Of a stretch of 35,961 nt of DNA, positions 12,910-24,587 are shown one piece after another; position 1 is the stretch's first letter; the number at the start of each line of letters is the position of its first letter. The DNA is from Nemertoderma westbladi (lineage: Eukaryota > Animalia > Xenacoelomorpha), in assembly GCA_032718475.1 (NCBI GenBank), contig JAUCBJ010001058.1, positions 1 to 35,961 on the forward strand, written 5' to 3'. Both the position numbers and the translations under genes were made by a program. The notes beneath the pieces are model-generated. The model did no database searches and was not told the DNA's origin. It saw nothing but the letters and a program-made list of their open reading frames with translations.

Positions 12910-15900
12910 GGGCTCCATAACCTTTAGTGCTTGGTGAGTAAACGTATAGTATCTTACCCTGAGCATCTCCTGTGAGGGCTCCATAACCTTTAGTGCTTGG
13001 TGAGTAAACGTATAGTATCTTACCCTGAGCATCTCCTGTGAGGGCTCCATAACCTTTAGTGCTTGGTGAGTAAATGTATAGTATCTTACACTGAGCATCT
13101 CCTGTGAGTGTGAGGGCTCCATAACCTTTAGTGCTTGGTGAGTAAATGTATAGTATCTTACACTGAGCATCTCCTGTGAGTGTGAGGGCTCCATAACCTT
13201 TAGTGCTTGGTGAGTAAATGTATAGTATCTTACACTGAGCATCTACTGTGAGTGTGAGGGCTCCATAACCTTTAGTGCTTGGTGAGTAAATGTATAGTAT
13301 CTTACCCTGAGCATCTCCTGTGAGGGCTCCATAACCTTTAGTGCTTGGTGAGTAAATGTATAGTATCTTACACTGAGCATCTCCTGTGAGTGTGAGGGCT
13401 CCATAACCTTTAGTGCTTGGTTAGTAAATGTATAGTATCTTACCCTGAGCATCTCCTGTGAGGGCTCCATAACCTTTAGTGCTTGGTGAGTAAATGTAAA
13501 GTATCTTACACTGAGCATCTAACGTGAGGGCTCCATAACCGTTAGTGCTTGGTGAGTAAATGTATAGTATCTTACACTGAGCATCTCCTGTGAGGGCTCC
13601 ATAACCTTTAGTGCTTGGTGAGTAAATGTATAGTATCTTACCCTGAGCATCTCCTGTGAGGGCTCCATAACCTTTAGTGCTTGGTGAGTAAATGTAAAGT
13701 ATCTTACACTGAGCATCTCCTGTGAGGGCTCCATAACCTTTAGTGCTTGGTGAGTAAATGTATAGTATTTTACACTGAGCATCTCCTGTGAGGGCTCCAT
13801 AACCTTTAGTGCTTGGTGAGTAAATGTATAGTATCTTACCCTGAGCATCTCCTGTGAGGGCTCCATAACCTTTAGTGCTTGGTGAGTAAATGTATAGTAT
13901 CTTACCCTGAGCATCTCCTGTGAGGGCTCCATAACCTTTGTGCTTGGTTAGTAAATGTATAGTATCTTACCCTGAGCATCTCCTGTGAGGGCTCCATAAC
14001 CTTTAGTGCTTGGTGAGTAAATGTATAGTATCTTACCCTGAGCATCTCCTGTAAGGGCTCCATAACCTTTAGTGCTTGGTGAGTAAATGTATAGTATCTT
14101 ACCCTGAGCATCTCCTGTGAGTGTGAGGGCTCCATAACCTTTAGTGCTTGGTGAGTAAATGTATAGTATCTTACCCTGAACATCTCCTGTGAGGGCTCCA
14201 TAACCTTTAGTGCTTGGTGAGTAAATGTATAGTATATTACACTGAGCATCTCCTGTGAGGGCTCCATAACCTTTAGTGCTTGGTGAGTAAATGTATAGTA
14301 TCTTACCCTGAACATCTCCTGTGAGGGCTCCATAACCTTTAGTGCTTGGTGAGTAAATGTATAGTATCTTACACTGAGCATCTCCTGTGAGGGCTCCATA
14401 ACCTTTAGTGCTTGGTGAGTAAATGTATAGTATCTTACCCTGAGCATCTCCTGTGAGGGCTCCATAACCTTTAGTGCTTGGTGAGTAAATGTATAGTATC
14501 TTACCCTGAACATCTCCTGTGAGGGCTCCATAACCTTTAGTGCTTGGTGAGTAAATGTATAGTATCTTACACTGAGCATCTCCTGTGAGGGCTCCATAAC
14601 CTTTAGTGCTTGGTGAGTAAATGTATAGTATCTTACCCTGAGCATCTCCTGTGAGGGCTCCATAACCTTTAGTGCTTGGTGAGTAAATGTATAGTATCTT
14701 ACCCTGAGCATCTCCTGTGAGGGCTCCACAACCTTTAGTGCTTGGTGAGTAAATGTAAAGTATCTTACCCTGAGCATCTCCTGTGAGGGCTCCATAACCT
14801 TTAGTGCTTGGTGAGTAAATGTATAGCATCTTACCCTGAGCATCTCCTGTGAGTGTGAGGGCTCCATAATCTTTAGTGCTTGGTGAGTAAATGTATAGTA
14901 TCTTACACTGAACATCTCCTGTGAGGGCTCCATAACCATTAGTGCTTGGTGAGGAAATGTATAGTATCTTACCCTGAGCATCTCCTGTAAGGGCTCCATA
15001 ACCTTTAGTGCTTGGTGAGTAAATGTATAGTATCTTACACTGAACATCTCCTGTGAGGGCTCCATAACCTTTAGTGCTTGGTGAGTAAATGTATAGTATC
15101 TTACACTGAGCATCTCCTGTGAGGGCTCCATAACCTTTAGTGCTTGGTGAGTAAATGTATAGTATCTTACACTGAGCATCTCCTGTGAGGGCTCCATAAC
15201 CTTTAGTGTTTGGTGAGTAAATGTATAGTATCTTACACTGAGCATCTCCTGTGAGGGCTCCATAACCTTTAGTGTTTGGTGAGTAAATGTATAGTATCTT
15301 ACATTGAGCATCTCCTGTGAGGGCTCCATAACCTTTAGTGTTTGGTGAGTAAATGTATAGTATCTTACACTGAGCATCTCCTGTGAGTGTGAGGGCTCCA
15401 TAACCTTTAGTGCTTGGTGAGTAAATGTATAGTATCTTACACTGAGCATCTCCTGTGAGTGTGAGGGCTCCATAACCTTTAGTGCTTGGTGAGTAAATGT
15501 ATAGTATCTTACACTGAGCATCTCCTGTGAGGGCTCCATAACCTTTAGTGTTTGGTGAGTAAATGTATAGTATCTTACACTGAACATCTCCTGTGAGGGC
15601 TCCATAACCTTTAGTGCTTGGTGAGTAAATGTAAAGTATCTTACCCTGAGAATCTCCTGTGAGGGCTCCATAACCTTTAGTGTTTGGTGAGTAAATGTAT
15701 AGTATCTTACACTGAGCATCTCCTGTGAGGGCTCCATAACCTTTAGTGCTTGGTGAGTAAATGTATAGTATCTTACCCTGAGCATCTCCTGTGAGTGTGA
15801 GGGCTCCATAACCTTTAGTGCTTGGTGAGTAAATGTATAGTATCTTACACTGAGCATCTCCTGTGAGGGCTCCATAACCTTTAGTGCTTGGTGAGTAAAT

Positions 15901-18536
15901 GTATAGTATCTTACACTGAGCATCTCCTGTGAGGGCTCCATAACCTTTAGTGCTTGGTGAGTAAATGTATAGTATCTTACACTGAGCATCTCCTGTGAGG
16001 GCTCCATAACCTTTAGTGTTTGGTGAGTAAATGTATAGTATCTTACACTGAACATCTCCTGTGAGGGCTCCATAACCTTTAGTGCTTGGTGAGTAAATGT
16101 AAAGTATCTTACCCTGAGCATCTCCTGTGAGGGCTCCATAACCTTTAGTGCTTGGTGAGTAAATGTATAGTATCTTACACTGAGCATCTCCTGTGAGGGC
16201 TCCATAACCTTTAGTGCTTGGTGAGTAAATGTATAGTATCTTACCCTGAGCATCTCCTGTGAGTGTGAGGGCTCCATAACCTTTAGTGCTTGGTGAGTAA
16301 ATGTAAAGTATCTTACCCTGAGCATCTCCTGTGAGGGCTCCATAACCTTTAGTGTTTGGTGAGTAAATGTATAGTATCTTACCCTGAGCATCTCCTGCGA
16401 GGGCTCCATAACCTTTAGTGCTTGGTGAGTAAATGTATAGTATCTTACACTGAGCATCTCCTGTGAGGGCTCCATAACCTTTAGTGCTTGGTGAGTAAAT
16501 GTATAGTATCTTACCCTGAGCATCTCCTGTGAGTGTGAGGGCTCCATAATCTTTAGTGTTTGGTGAGTAAATGTATAGTATCTTACACTGAGCATCTCCT
16601 GTGAGGGCTCCATAACCTTTAGTGCTTGGTGAGTAAATGTATAGTATCTTACCCTGAGCATCTCCTGTGAGTGTGAGGGCTCCATAACCTTTAGTGCTTG
16701 GTGAGTAAATGTATAGTATCTTACCCTGAGCATCTCCTGTGAGGGCTCCATAAACTTTAGTGCTTGGTGAGTAAATGTATAGTATCTTACACTGAGCATC
16801 TCCTGTGAGGGCTCCATAACCTTTAGTGTTTGGTGAGTAAATGTATAGTATCTTACACTGAGCATCTCCTGTGAGGGCTCCATAACCTTTAGTGCTTGGT
16901 GAGTAAATGTATAGTATCTTACCCTGAGCATCTCCTGTGAGGGCTCCATAACCTTTAGTGCTTGGTGAGTAAATGTATAGTATCTTACCCTGAGCATCTC
17001 CTGCGAGGGCTCCATAACCTTTAGTGCTTGGTGAGTAAATGTATAGTATCTTACACTGAACATCTCCTGTGAGGGCTCCATAACCTTTAGTGCTTGGTGA
17101 GTAAATGTATAGTATCTTACACTGAGCATCTCCTGTGAGGGCTCCATAACCTTTAGTGCTTGATGAGTAAATGTATAGCATCTTACCCTGAGAATCTCCT
17201 GTGAGGGCTCCATAACCTTTAGTGCTTGGTGAGTAAATGTATAGTATCTTACACTGAACATCTCCTGTGAGGGCTCCATAACCTTTAGTGCTTGGTGAGT
17301 AAATGTATAGTATCTTACACTGAGCATCTCCTGTGAGGGCTCCATAACCTTTAGTGCTTGATGAGTAAATGTATAGCATCTTACCCTGAGAATCTCCTGT
17401 GAGGGCTCCATAACCTTTAGTGCTTGGTGAGTAAATGTATAGCATCTTACCCTGAGCATCTCCTGTGAGGGCTCCATAACATTTAGTGCTTGGTGAGTAA
17501 ATGTATAGCATCTTACCCTGAGCATCTCCTGTGAGGGCTCCATAACCCTTAGTGCTTGGTGAGTAAATGTATAGTATCTTACCCTGAGTATCTCCTGTGA
17601 GGGCTCCCTAACCTTTAGTGCTTGGTGAGTAAATGTATAGTATCTTACACTGAACATCTCCTGTGAGGGCTCCATAACCTTCAGTGCTTGGTGAGTAAAT
17701 GTATAGTATCTTACACTGAGCATCTCCTGTGAGGGCTCCATAACTTTTAGTGCTTGATGAGTAAATGTATAGCATCTGACCCTGAGCATCTCCTGTGAGG
17801 GCTCCATAACCTTTAGTGCTTGGTGAGTAAATGTATAGTATCTTACACTGAACATCTCCTGTGAGGGCTCCATAACCTTTAGTGCTTGGTGAGTAAATGT
17901 ATAGTATCTTACACTGAGCATCTCCTGTGAGGGCTCCATAACCTTTAGTGCTTGGTGAGTAAATGTATAGCATCTTACCCTGAGCATCTCCTGTGAGGGC
18001 TCCATAACCTTTAGTGCTTGGTGAGTAAATGTATAGTATCTTACCCTGAGCATCTCCTGTGAGGGCTCCATAACCTTTAGTGCTTGGTGAGTAAATGTAT
18101 AGTATCTTACACTGAACATCTCCTGTGAGGGCTCCATAACCTTTAGTGCTTGGTGAGTAAATGTATAGTATCTTACCCTGAGCATCTCCTGTGAGTGTGA
18201 GGGCTCCATAATCTTTAGTGCTTGGTGAGTAAATATATAGTATCTTACACTGAACATATCCTGTGAGGGCTCCATAACCTTTAGTGCTTGGTGAGTAAAT
18301 GTAAAGTATCTTACACTGAACATCTCCTGTGAGGGCTCCATAACCTTTAGTGCTTGGTGAGTAAATGTATAGTATCTTACACTGAGCATCTCCTGTGAGG
18401 GCTCCATAACCTTTATTGCTTGGTGAGTAAATGTATAGTATCTTACCCTGAGCATCTCCTGTGAGTGTGAGGGCTCCATAACCTTTAGTGCTTGGTGAGT
18501 AAATGTATAGTATCTTACCCTGAGCATCTCCTGTGA
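12910..18536. repeat. 66-bp minisatellite (about 84 units, with 72-bp variants), overlapping the exon 4 donor
   Basis: Unit gggctccataacctttagtgcttggtgagtaaatgtatagtatcttac(c/a)ctgagcatctcctgtga. On the minus strand this is 18 exon bases plus gtaaga plus 42 further intron bases. Confidence 0.98.
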
Positions 18537-18671
18537 TACTGTATGTCAAAGGGCTGTCTTGCGGATCATCTCCATCCACGGCAAAGATGTTTCCTCCAAC
18601 GCCATTTGATATGGTTACAGGATCGCCGATAGCAGCCCCAATGCTAATAATACCCCCTAAGTATTCTGGAT
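18519..18671 (-). CDS. Cadherin-repeat gene, exon 4 (DPEYLGGIISIGAAIGDPVTISNGVGGNIFAVDGDDPQDSPLTYSITGDAQ)
   Basis: Acceptor ttgcag| and donor CAGG|gtaaga. 153 bp, phase 1 to 1. AxDxD and LTYSI are cadherin motifs. Confidence 0.87.
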
Positions 18672-18718
18672 CTGCAATACGATAAGTTGTCGGTGTAGAC
18701 TAATAAGGTGATGCAATA

Positions 18719-19108
18719 CTGGGAGGGAATGGTTGTAATACTACTGTACGTGTATAGTAGACAGCTGGGAGGGAATGATACTACTGTACGTGTATAGTAG
18801 ACAGCTGGGAGGGAATGGTTGTAATACTACTGTACGTGTATAGTAGACAGCTGGGAGGGAATGATACTACTGTACGTGTATAGTAGACAGCTGGGAGGGA
18901 ATGGTTGTAATACTACTGTACGTGTATAGTAGACAGCTGGGAGGGAATGATACTACTGTACGTGTATAGTAGACAGCTGGGAGGGAATGGTTGTAATACT
19001 ACTGTACGTGTATAGTAGACAGCTGGGAGGGAATGATACTACTGTACGTGTATAGTAGACAGCTGGGAGGGAATGGTTGTAATACTACTGTACGTGTATA
19101 GTAGACAG
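18719..19108. repeat. Alternating 46/40-bp minisatellite (9 units, 86-bp dimer period)
   Basis: ctgggagggaatg(gttgta)atactactgtacgtgtatagtagacag; five long and four short units strictly alternate. Confidence 0.96.
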
Positions 19109-19134
19109 CCACTTTACGGATTGTTTTATTATAC

Positions 19135-19244
19135 CTGTTGCTGGATTTAATGTAAATACGGGTGGCTCGTCTGATATCCCAGTAACCTGAACTATGATTG
19201 GGAAGGTTACCGTATTTCCAGCTACACCGTTGTTGTCTGTTACA
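19135..19244 (-). CDS. Cadherin-repeat gene, exon 3 (VTDNNGVAGNTVTFPIIVQVTGISDEPPVFTLNPATD)
   Basis: Acceptor ttttttcttttag| and donor CAG|gtataa. 110 bp, phase 2 to 1. Has VxDxxG and a degenerate linker (ISDEPPVF). Not in the ORF track; translated by hand. Confidence 0.87.
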
Positions 19245-19494
19245 CTAAAAGAAAAAAACAAATCACATTAGAAGCGATACGAGGAGGCCTTATAAACTCC
19301 TATATAATTATGTGAATAATATTTATAAAAACGAAGTTTAATTAATTAATTATTAAAAAACAAAACCTTATAAAATTAAAGACGGCGTCACGACGCCGTG
19401 AAGGAACCGAAGTTAAACCAAACCAAACCGAAACTAATATTTTTACAGGCCATAAGCCGCTAACTATTTTTTTCAGGATATCAACTCTAAACCA

Positions 19495-19680
19495 GTTTCG
19501 AATCTGAGCGCCTGGTTACGAATTTGGAGTTCCAATTACGAATTTGAATACAACCTGGTTACAAATCTGTATTTCCGCATTACGAATCAATGTGTTTGGT
19601 TAAAAATATGAGCACTTGTCACGAATTGAAGTCCCTGGTTACAATTTGTTACAAATGGTTGCAAATATGAGCACCCAGTA
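19495..19680. repeat. Degenerate short tandem repeat (about 20-23 bp, core ggttacgaat)
   Basis: Recurrent (g/a)ttac(g/a)aat cores separated by diverged spacers. Confidence 0.6.
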
Positions 19681-19720
19681 TCAGCCAGCACTGCCTATAC
19701 TAATACTGTAATTTGCACGT

Positions 19721-21538
19721 ATTTCATTTCATTTCATTTCTTTTAATCAAATAAAATTGATATAACACAGATTATTGGGTCATAAAATATATGCAGTAAT
19801 TACACAAAAGCAACAATAAAATACGTAGCGCAACATAGATGAAATCAATGTGAACTTTACAAACTTTAAATAAAACAGTGTTCAGTTTGAAATAAAGGCT
19901 GTACATGTTATAAATTCATAGGTGTAGTCGTTCGTGATAATTGTACAACGTAATTAATATTCCGAAAGATGGTGTTCTAAGTGGTAAATCACAAAATACT
20001 ACAGCGGGTCCAAGGTCAGAGGTCAATCTCCCCGGCAACAGTCAGTTTAGAGGTCTCCATGGTCTAAGCGCAAGTACGCGACGTGCTTCCCACCTTTCCC
20101 TTGGATGTAATTAAGGTTACAGCCCGTAGGAGCTCCGGTAGATCCCGGTGAAATGCTCAGCAATGCCGAGATGAAATCAGTGAAATGCTATTAAGATCCC
20201 GTGCTGTGATGGTAACTCAGACGATATTGAAGTATTGAGTAATCCTATTGTGTTTGTCTTTGAATGATATGTTCTTGAGATTGTAACATTCCTCGATGTA
20301 CCTGGCATTAATGCATTCGATGGTTGTGAGGGTTCCCAATTTAATTCTCGCTTTCAGTTCTTTAACACCGTAGCTGTGTTGTAGAAGGGAACTTATACTT
20401 GGCATTGCTAACTCTAGATTGCAGCGGTTGTACAAACTGCCAATACCTACGTATCTCTTCATAGTGTCCATAGTGTTGATTTGCAGCATATTGCGAAGGT
20501 TGTACTGTAGATTTGGATTGGGACAGGATGTTAGTCGCCATACAATTCCGATACAGGATGTAAAGGCATCGAAAGCAAGTGGTTGGCACCCCATTAAACT
20601 GTATATCACCTGATTCGAAGCGTATGTTCCAAGATGGAGTAGGCCCCTTAGTGTTTTCCGGTAATAAATCTCAAGTTTCTCAATCTCGGTCTCTGTTAAG
20701 CGCCCTATCAGGAATTTTGCGTTGTATAGTATCATAGGGAGTGCAACAGACCTCCACAGGTGAGCGAGAGTAGTGGTATTGAGCCACCTAACAGTCCATG
20801 CGTTCCGGTGAAAAGATTCAGAGGCCATGGCGATTAGACGGATACACTCAGGGAGAGGATTGGGTCGCCAGAATTCTAGCTGTATCCAAGGAATAGTAGC
20901 ATAGATTGCCCTGGTATGAGTGTGTTCTTAATAGTGATGAAGGTAGGGATGCTGACGTTACTAACGTTGGTTTTACTGGGGACACAGTAAGTCCATTTAG
21001 TCTTACAACTCTCAATATCCCGATGTATATTCCGCAGATTGTCGATGATGATGGATAGGATTCTTTCGAGGTCCTCTGGATTTCTTGCCAGCACTAATAT
21101 GTCGTCGGCGTACGCAATAATATCCATCCAATTGCTCCCAGCTAGCTGTATGTTTATACCCAACAGAGTCCAGTCCAGTGCGTGAAAGACGTCACTCAGA
21201 TAAAAGTTGAATACGACTGGCGAGATGTTGGATCCTTGTTTGACACCCTTCAGTATAGGTATACCTGAGCAGCTGATCTCGTCACCAAATTTAAGAAACA
21301 CCAACGTTTTACTATAGTATCTAAGCAGTGAGAGGCACGTGTGAGGGTTGATGTAACGGCTTAATTTCTGGAATAAAATAAGATGATCCACGTTGTCGAA
21401 GGCCGACGCTATATCAACTTGACAGAGAAAAACGGGCAGACCACGCTGTCTTTGGAGTTCCAGACATTCCAGTAGGGAGGAGATTATGACGTCCCAACCA
21501 AACTTCTTCTGGTATGCAAGTTGAGATGGATGAGATAA
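19721..21538 (-). mobile_element. Decayed 5'-truncated non-LTR retrotransposon (clade not assigned)
   Basis: RT motifs HPSQLAYQK, QVDIASAFDNVDH, GVKQGSNISPVVFNFY, IAYADDI and FLGY. Stop/frameshift near 20876; C-terminal frame 20217-20828. Probable 3' end is attaaa followed by (GAAAT)4 at 19721-19740. No clear TSD, so the 3' boundary is inferred. Confidence 0.85.
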
Positions 21539-22594
21539 GTATGTTCAGCATTTATAATAAAAAATTGCACCAAAGTGAACAAAGTTAGCTAGCAAACAAT
21601 TGTATTATCTCATAATCTGATCCTAATAATTATTAAAGCAGTTAGGGCACCATCTCCTGTCTACATCAAAATTATATCTGATACCAAACACCACTCATAG
21701 TATTAATGTTGCCAAAACATAATTAAACCTCCAAACTCTGATTTTAATTGAACATTGCAACTATTAGTATAGTTTATTAATAGTACCCTACAGTTAGTTA
21801 ACAGTACATATATGGCGAGTCATCAGTGAACTTAGGTGTAGGTTTCAGTGTGTGTGTCAGAAGCCAATATCAGAATATATAACTAGCCATAGTATAATTA
21901 TAATTCTTCGCTGAGATGGGTTGCCGTTGCAGCTTCTGCTGCACAAAGGCCGCACTCGTGTACACTCTATAACTAAAAAGTCATTCAGGTGGCCAGCTTT
22001 TACCAGGACATTCGCATTCATTGAATCCACGGCAAGAGTTTGTGTTGGATTAACACAACCTATGGTTTGACAGATTAATATAATTAATGTTTGCCAACCA
22101 AGTCATTAACTCACCTCCCTCCCTCTCGGATTTTTAAATACATAAATTATTATTATTAGCTGAGTATTAGTGACCAACACTCATCAGAAGCATCCTATGT
22201 GTGTAACTAAAATTCATTCCACTGACCCACCATCTAACATGGCGCACGCAGTGAGTCAGTCACCTTGTAGATATTCCCTTAGGAAGCACTGGGGAGAGTT
22301 ATTCAGCTGATGGGATAATAGATTACAAACTAACCAAGTTAATGTTTGCTTATAGTCTGGGTTGAAAGAGTGAGTGATTAAATAAACACTTGGCACAGAA
22401 AGTACATCCTTGTTAGTTGGCCCTTTCTCTATAGAATAGAATCACTAAGCCCTCTCTATACATTTTTCATGTGCTCCAGCTGGTGTTTTATCATTGCGAC
22501 TATCACGTATTTTCTTTTATGTCTATTTTTCGAGCCCACATTCTATGGACAGACATGTGACCAGCGGGAGTCGATAGTGGTCCTCAAAACATTC

Positions 22595-23654
22595 TCAGTC
22601 AGTCAGTCAGTCAGTCAGTCAGTCAGTCAGTCAGTCAGTCAGTCAGTCAGTCAGTCAGTCAGTCAGTCAGTCAGTCAGTCAGTCAGTCAGTCAGTCAGTC
22701 AGTCAGTCAGTCAGTCAGTCAGTCAGTCAGTCAGTCAGTCAGTCAGTCAGTCAGTCAGTCAGTCAGTCAGTCAGTCAGTCAGTCAGTCAGTCAGTCAGTC
22801 AGTCAGTCAGTCAGTCAGTCAGTCAGTCAGTCAGTCAGTCAGTCAGTCAGTCAGTCAGTCAGTCAGTCAGTCAGTCAGTCAGTCAGTCAGTCAGTCAGTC
22901 AGTCAGTCAGTCAGTCAGTCAGTCAGTCAGTCAGTCAGTCAGTCAGTCAGTCAGTCAGTCAGTCAGTCAGTCAGTCAGTCAGTCAGTCAGTCAGTCAGTC
23001 AGTCAGTCAGTCAGTCAGTCAGTCAGTCAGTCAGTCAGTCAGTCAGTCAGTCAGTCAGTCAGTCAGTCAGTCAGTCAGTCAGTCAGTCAGTCAGTCAGTC
23101 AGTCAGTCAGTCAGTCAGTCAGTCAGTCAGTCAGTCAGTCAGTCAGTCAGTCAGTCAGTCAGTCAGTCAGTCAGTCAGTCAGTCAGTCAGTCAGTCAGTC
23201 AGTCAGTCAGTCAGTCAGTCAGTCAGTCAGTCAGTCAGTCAGTCAGTCAGTCAGTCAGTCAGTCAGTCAGTCAGTCAGTCAGTCAGTCAGTCAGTCAGTC
23301 AGTCAGTCAGTCAGTCAGTCAGTCAGTCAGTCAGTCAGTCAGTCAGTCAGTCAGTCAGTCAGTCAGTCAGTCAGTCAGTCAGTCAGTCAGTCAGTCAGTC
23401 AGTCAGTCAGTCAGTCAGTCAGTCAGTCAGTCAGTCAGTCAGTCAGTCAGTCAGTCAGTCAGTCAGTCAGTCAGTCAGTCAGTCAGTCAGTCAGTCAGTC
23501 AGTCAGTCAGTCAGTCAGTCAGTCAGTCAGTCAGTCAGTCAGTCAGTCAGTCAGTCAGTCAGTCAGTCAGTCAGTCAGTCAGTCAGTCAGTCAGTCAGTC
23601 AGTCAGTCAGTCAGTCAGTCAGTCAGTCAGTCAGTCAGTCAGTCAGTCAGTCAG
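22595..23654. repeat. (TCAG)n microsatellite, 1060 bp, 265 copies
   Basis: Uninterrupted tetranucleotide run as read. Confidence 0.99.
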
Positions 23655-24120
23655 CTACTATTATCTGCTACCCGAAGGTAGGGGTGGGCGCTACTCCTAT
23701 CTGCTACCCGAAGGTAGGGGTGGGCGCTACTCCTATCTGCTACCTGAGGGTAGGGGTGGGCGCTACTCCTATCTGCTACCCGAAGGTAGGGGTGGGTGCT
23801 ACTCCTATCTGATACCCGAAGGTAGGGGTAGGCGCTACTCCTATCTGCTACCCGAAGGTAGGGGTGGGCGTTACTCCTATCTGCTACCCGAAGGTAGGGC
23901 TGGGCGTTACTCCTATCTGCTACCCGAAGGTAGGGGTGGGCGTTACTCCTATCTGCTACCCGAAGGTAGGGGTGGTCGATACTCCTATCTGCTACCCGAA
24001 AGTAGGGGTGGTCGATACTCCTATCTGCTACCCGAAGGTAGGGGTGGGCGCTACTCTTATCTGCTACCCGAAGGTAGGGGTGGGTGCTACTCCTACCTGA
24101 TACCCGGGCGCTACTCCTAT
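23655..24120. repeat. 36-bp minisatellite (about 12.5 units)
   Basis: Unit ctactcctatctgctacccgaaggtaggggtgggcg. Abuts the TCAG run on one side and the SINE body on the other. Confidence 0.96.
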
Positions 24121-24265
24121 CCCTTGTTTTGCTGCCAGTAATTAAACTGGCACTAATTTTATCGACCCCGCGTGATAAAAGGTTGAGTGGACCCTGGCGG
24201 GACTGAACCTACAACCAATAGAATGCAGGACCGGCGTTCAACCATCTGAGCTAGCTAGCCCCGGC
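24105..24265 (-). mobile_element. tRNA-derived SINE with a probable Meta/MESC-type central domain
   Basis: A box TAGCTCAGATGG (24242-24253) and B box GGTTCAGTCCC (24199-24209). These are followed by GGGTCCACTCAACCTTTTATC...GGGGTCGATAAAATTAGTGCCAG (24147-24194), which resembles, from memory, the conserved domain of MetaSINE/Sauria-type SINEs. Confidence 0.75.
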
Positions 24266-24299
24266 TTTTAAAATATTTATATGATTTTACAACACTTAC

Positions 24300-24489
24300 C
24301 TTATCGGAAAACTGTATGTTTTTGTTCCTTCATAGTCCAAACTGTTAGCATTAGCATATAGTTTACCGTTGTTTATGGTAAATGGCACACCAGGTGGCAA
24401 CGAGTCCCATGCTAATGTATTCCATGGGCTGGTTGTATCTTCATCAGTAACAAATGTTGTAAAGTCAAATATGGCCTTAGTAGCATCGC
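24300..24489 (-). CDS. Cadherin-repeat gene, exon 2 (GDATKAIFDFTTFVTDEDTTSPWNTLAWDSLPPGVPFTINNGKLYANANSLDYEGTKTYSFPIS)
   Basis: Acceptor ttttgtag| and donor AAG|gtaagt. 190 bp, phase 1 to 2. Carries the DxD (TDED) and LDYE cadherin motifs. Confidence 0.9.
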
Positions 24490-24587
24490 CTACAAAATGT
24501 GACAAAAATATTAAATAAATAAATTGGAGTTGAGCTGTGAAAGCAACTGTAATTAATGATGTAATATAATGGTTTTGTTCAGAAACG

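Noticed and set aside
13902-18527. 1541-aa and 1187-aa repeat ORFs as standalone genes
   Set aside because: Two overlapping frames are open only because the 66-bp unit lacks stops in them. They lie in an intron whose flanking exons splice in frame.
22155-22195. Second hammerhead (CUGAUGA-GUG..CAC on the minus strand)
   Set aside because: UAAU replaces GAAA and there is no good stem I.
22469-24100. 447-aa SQSV-repeat ORF
   Set aside because: Translation of a microsatellite plus a minisatellite.
24195-24265. Functional tRNA gene
   Set aside because: The boxes are present, but no convincing acceptor stem was found and it continues into a SINE-like domain.
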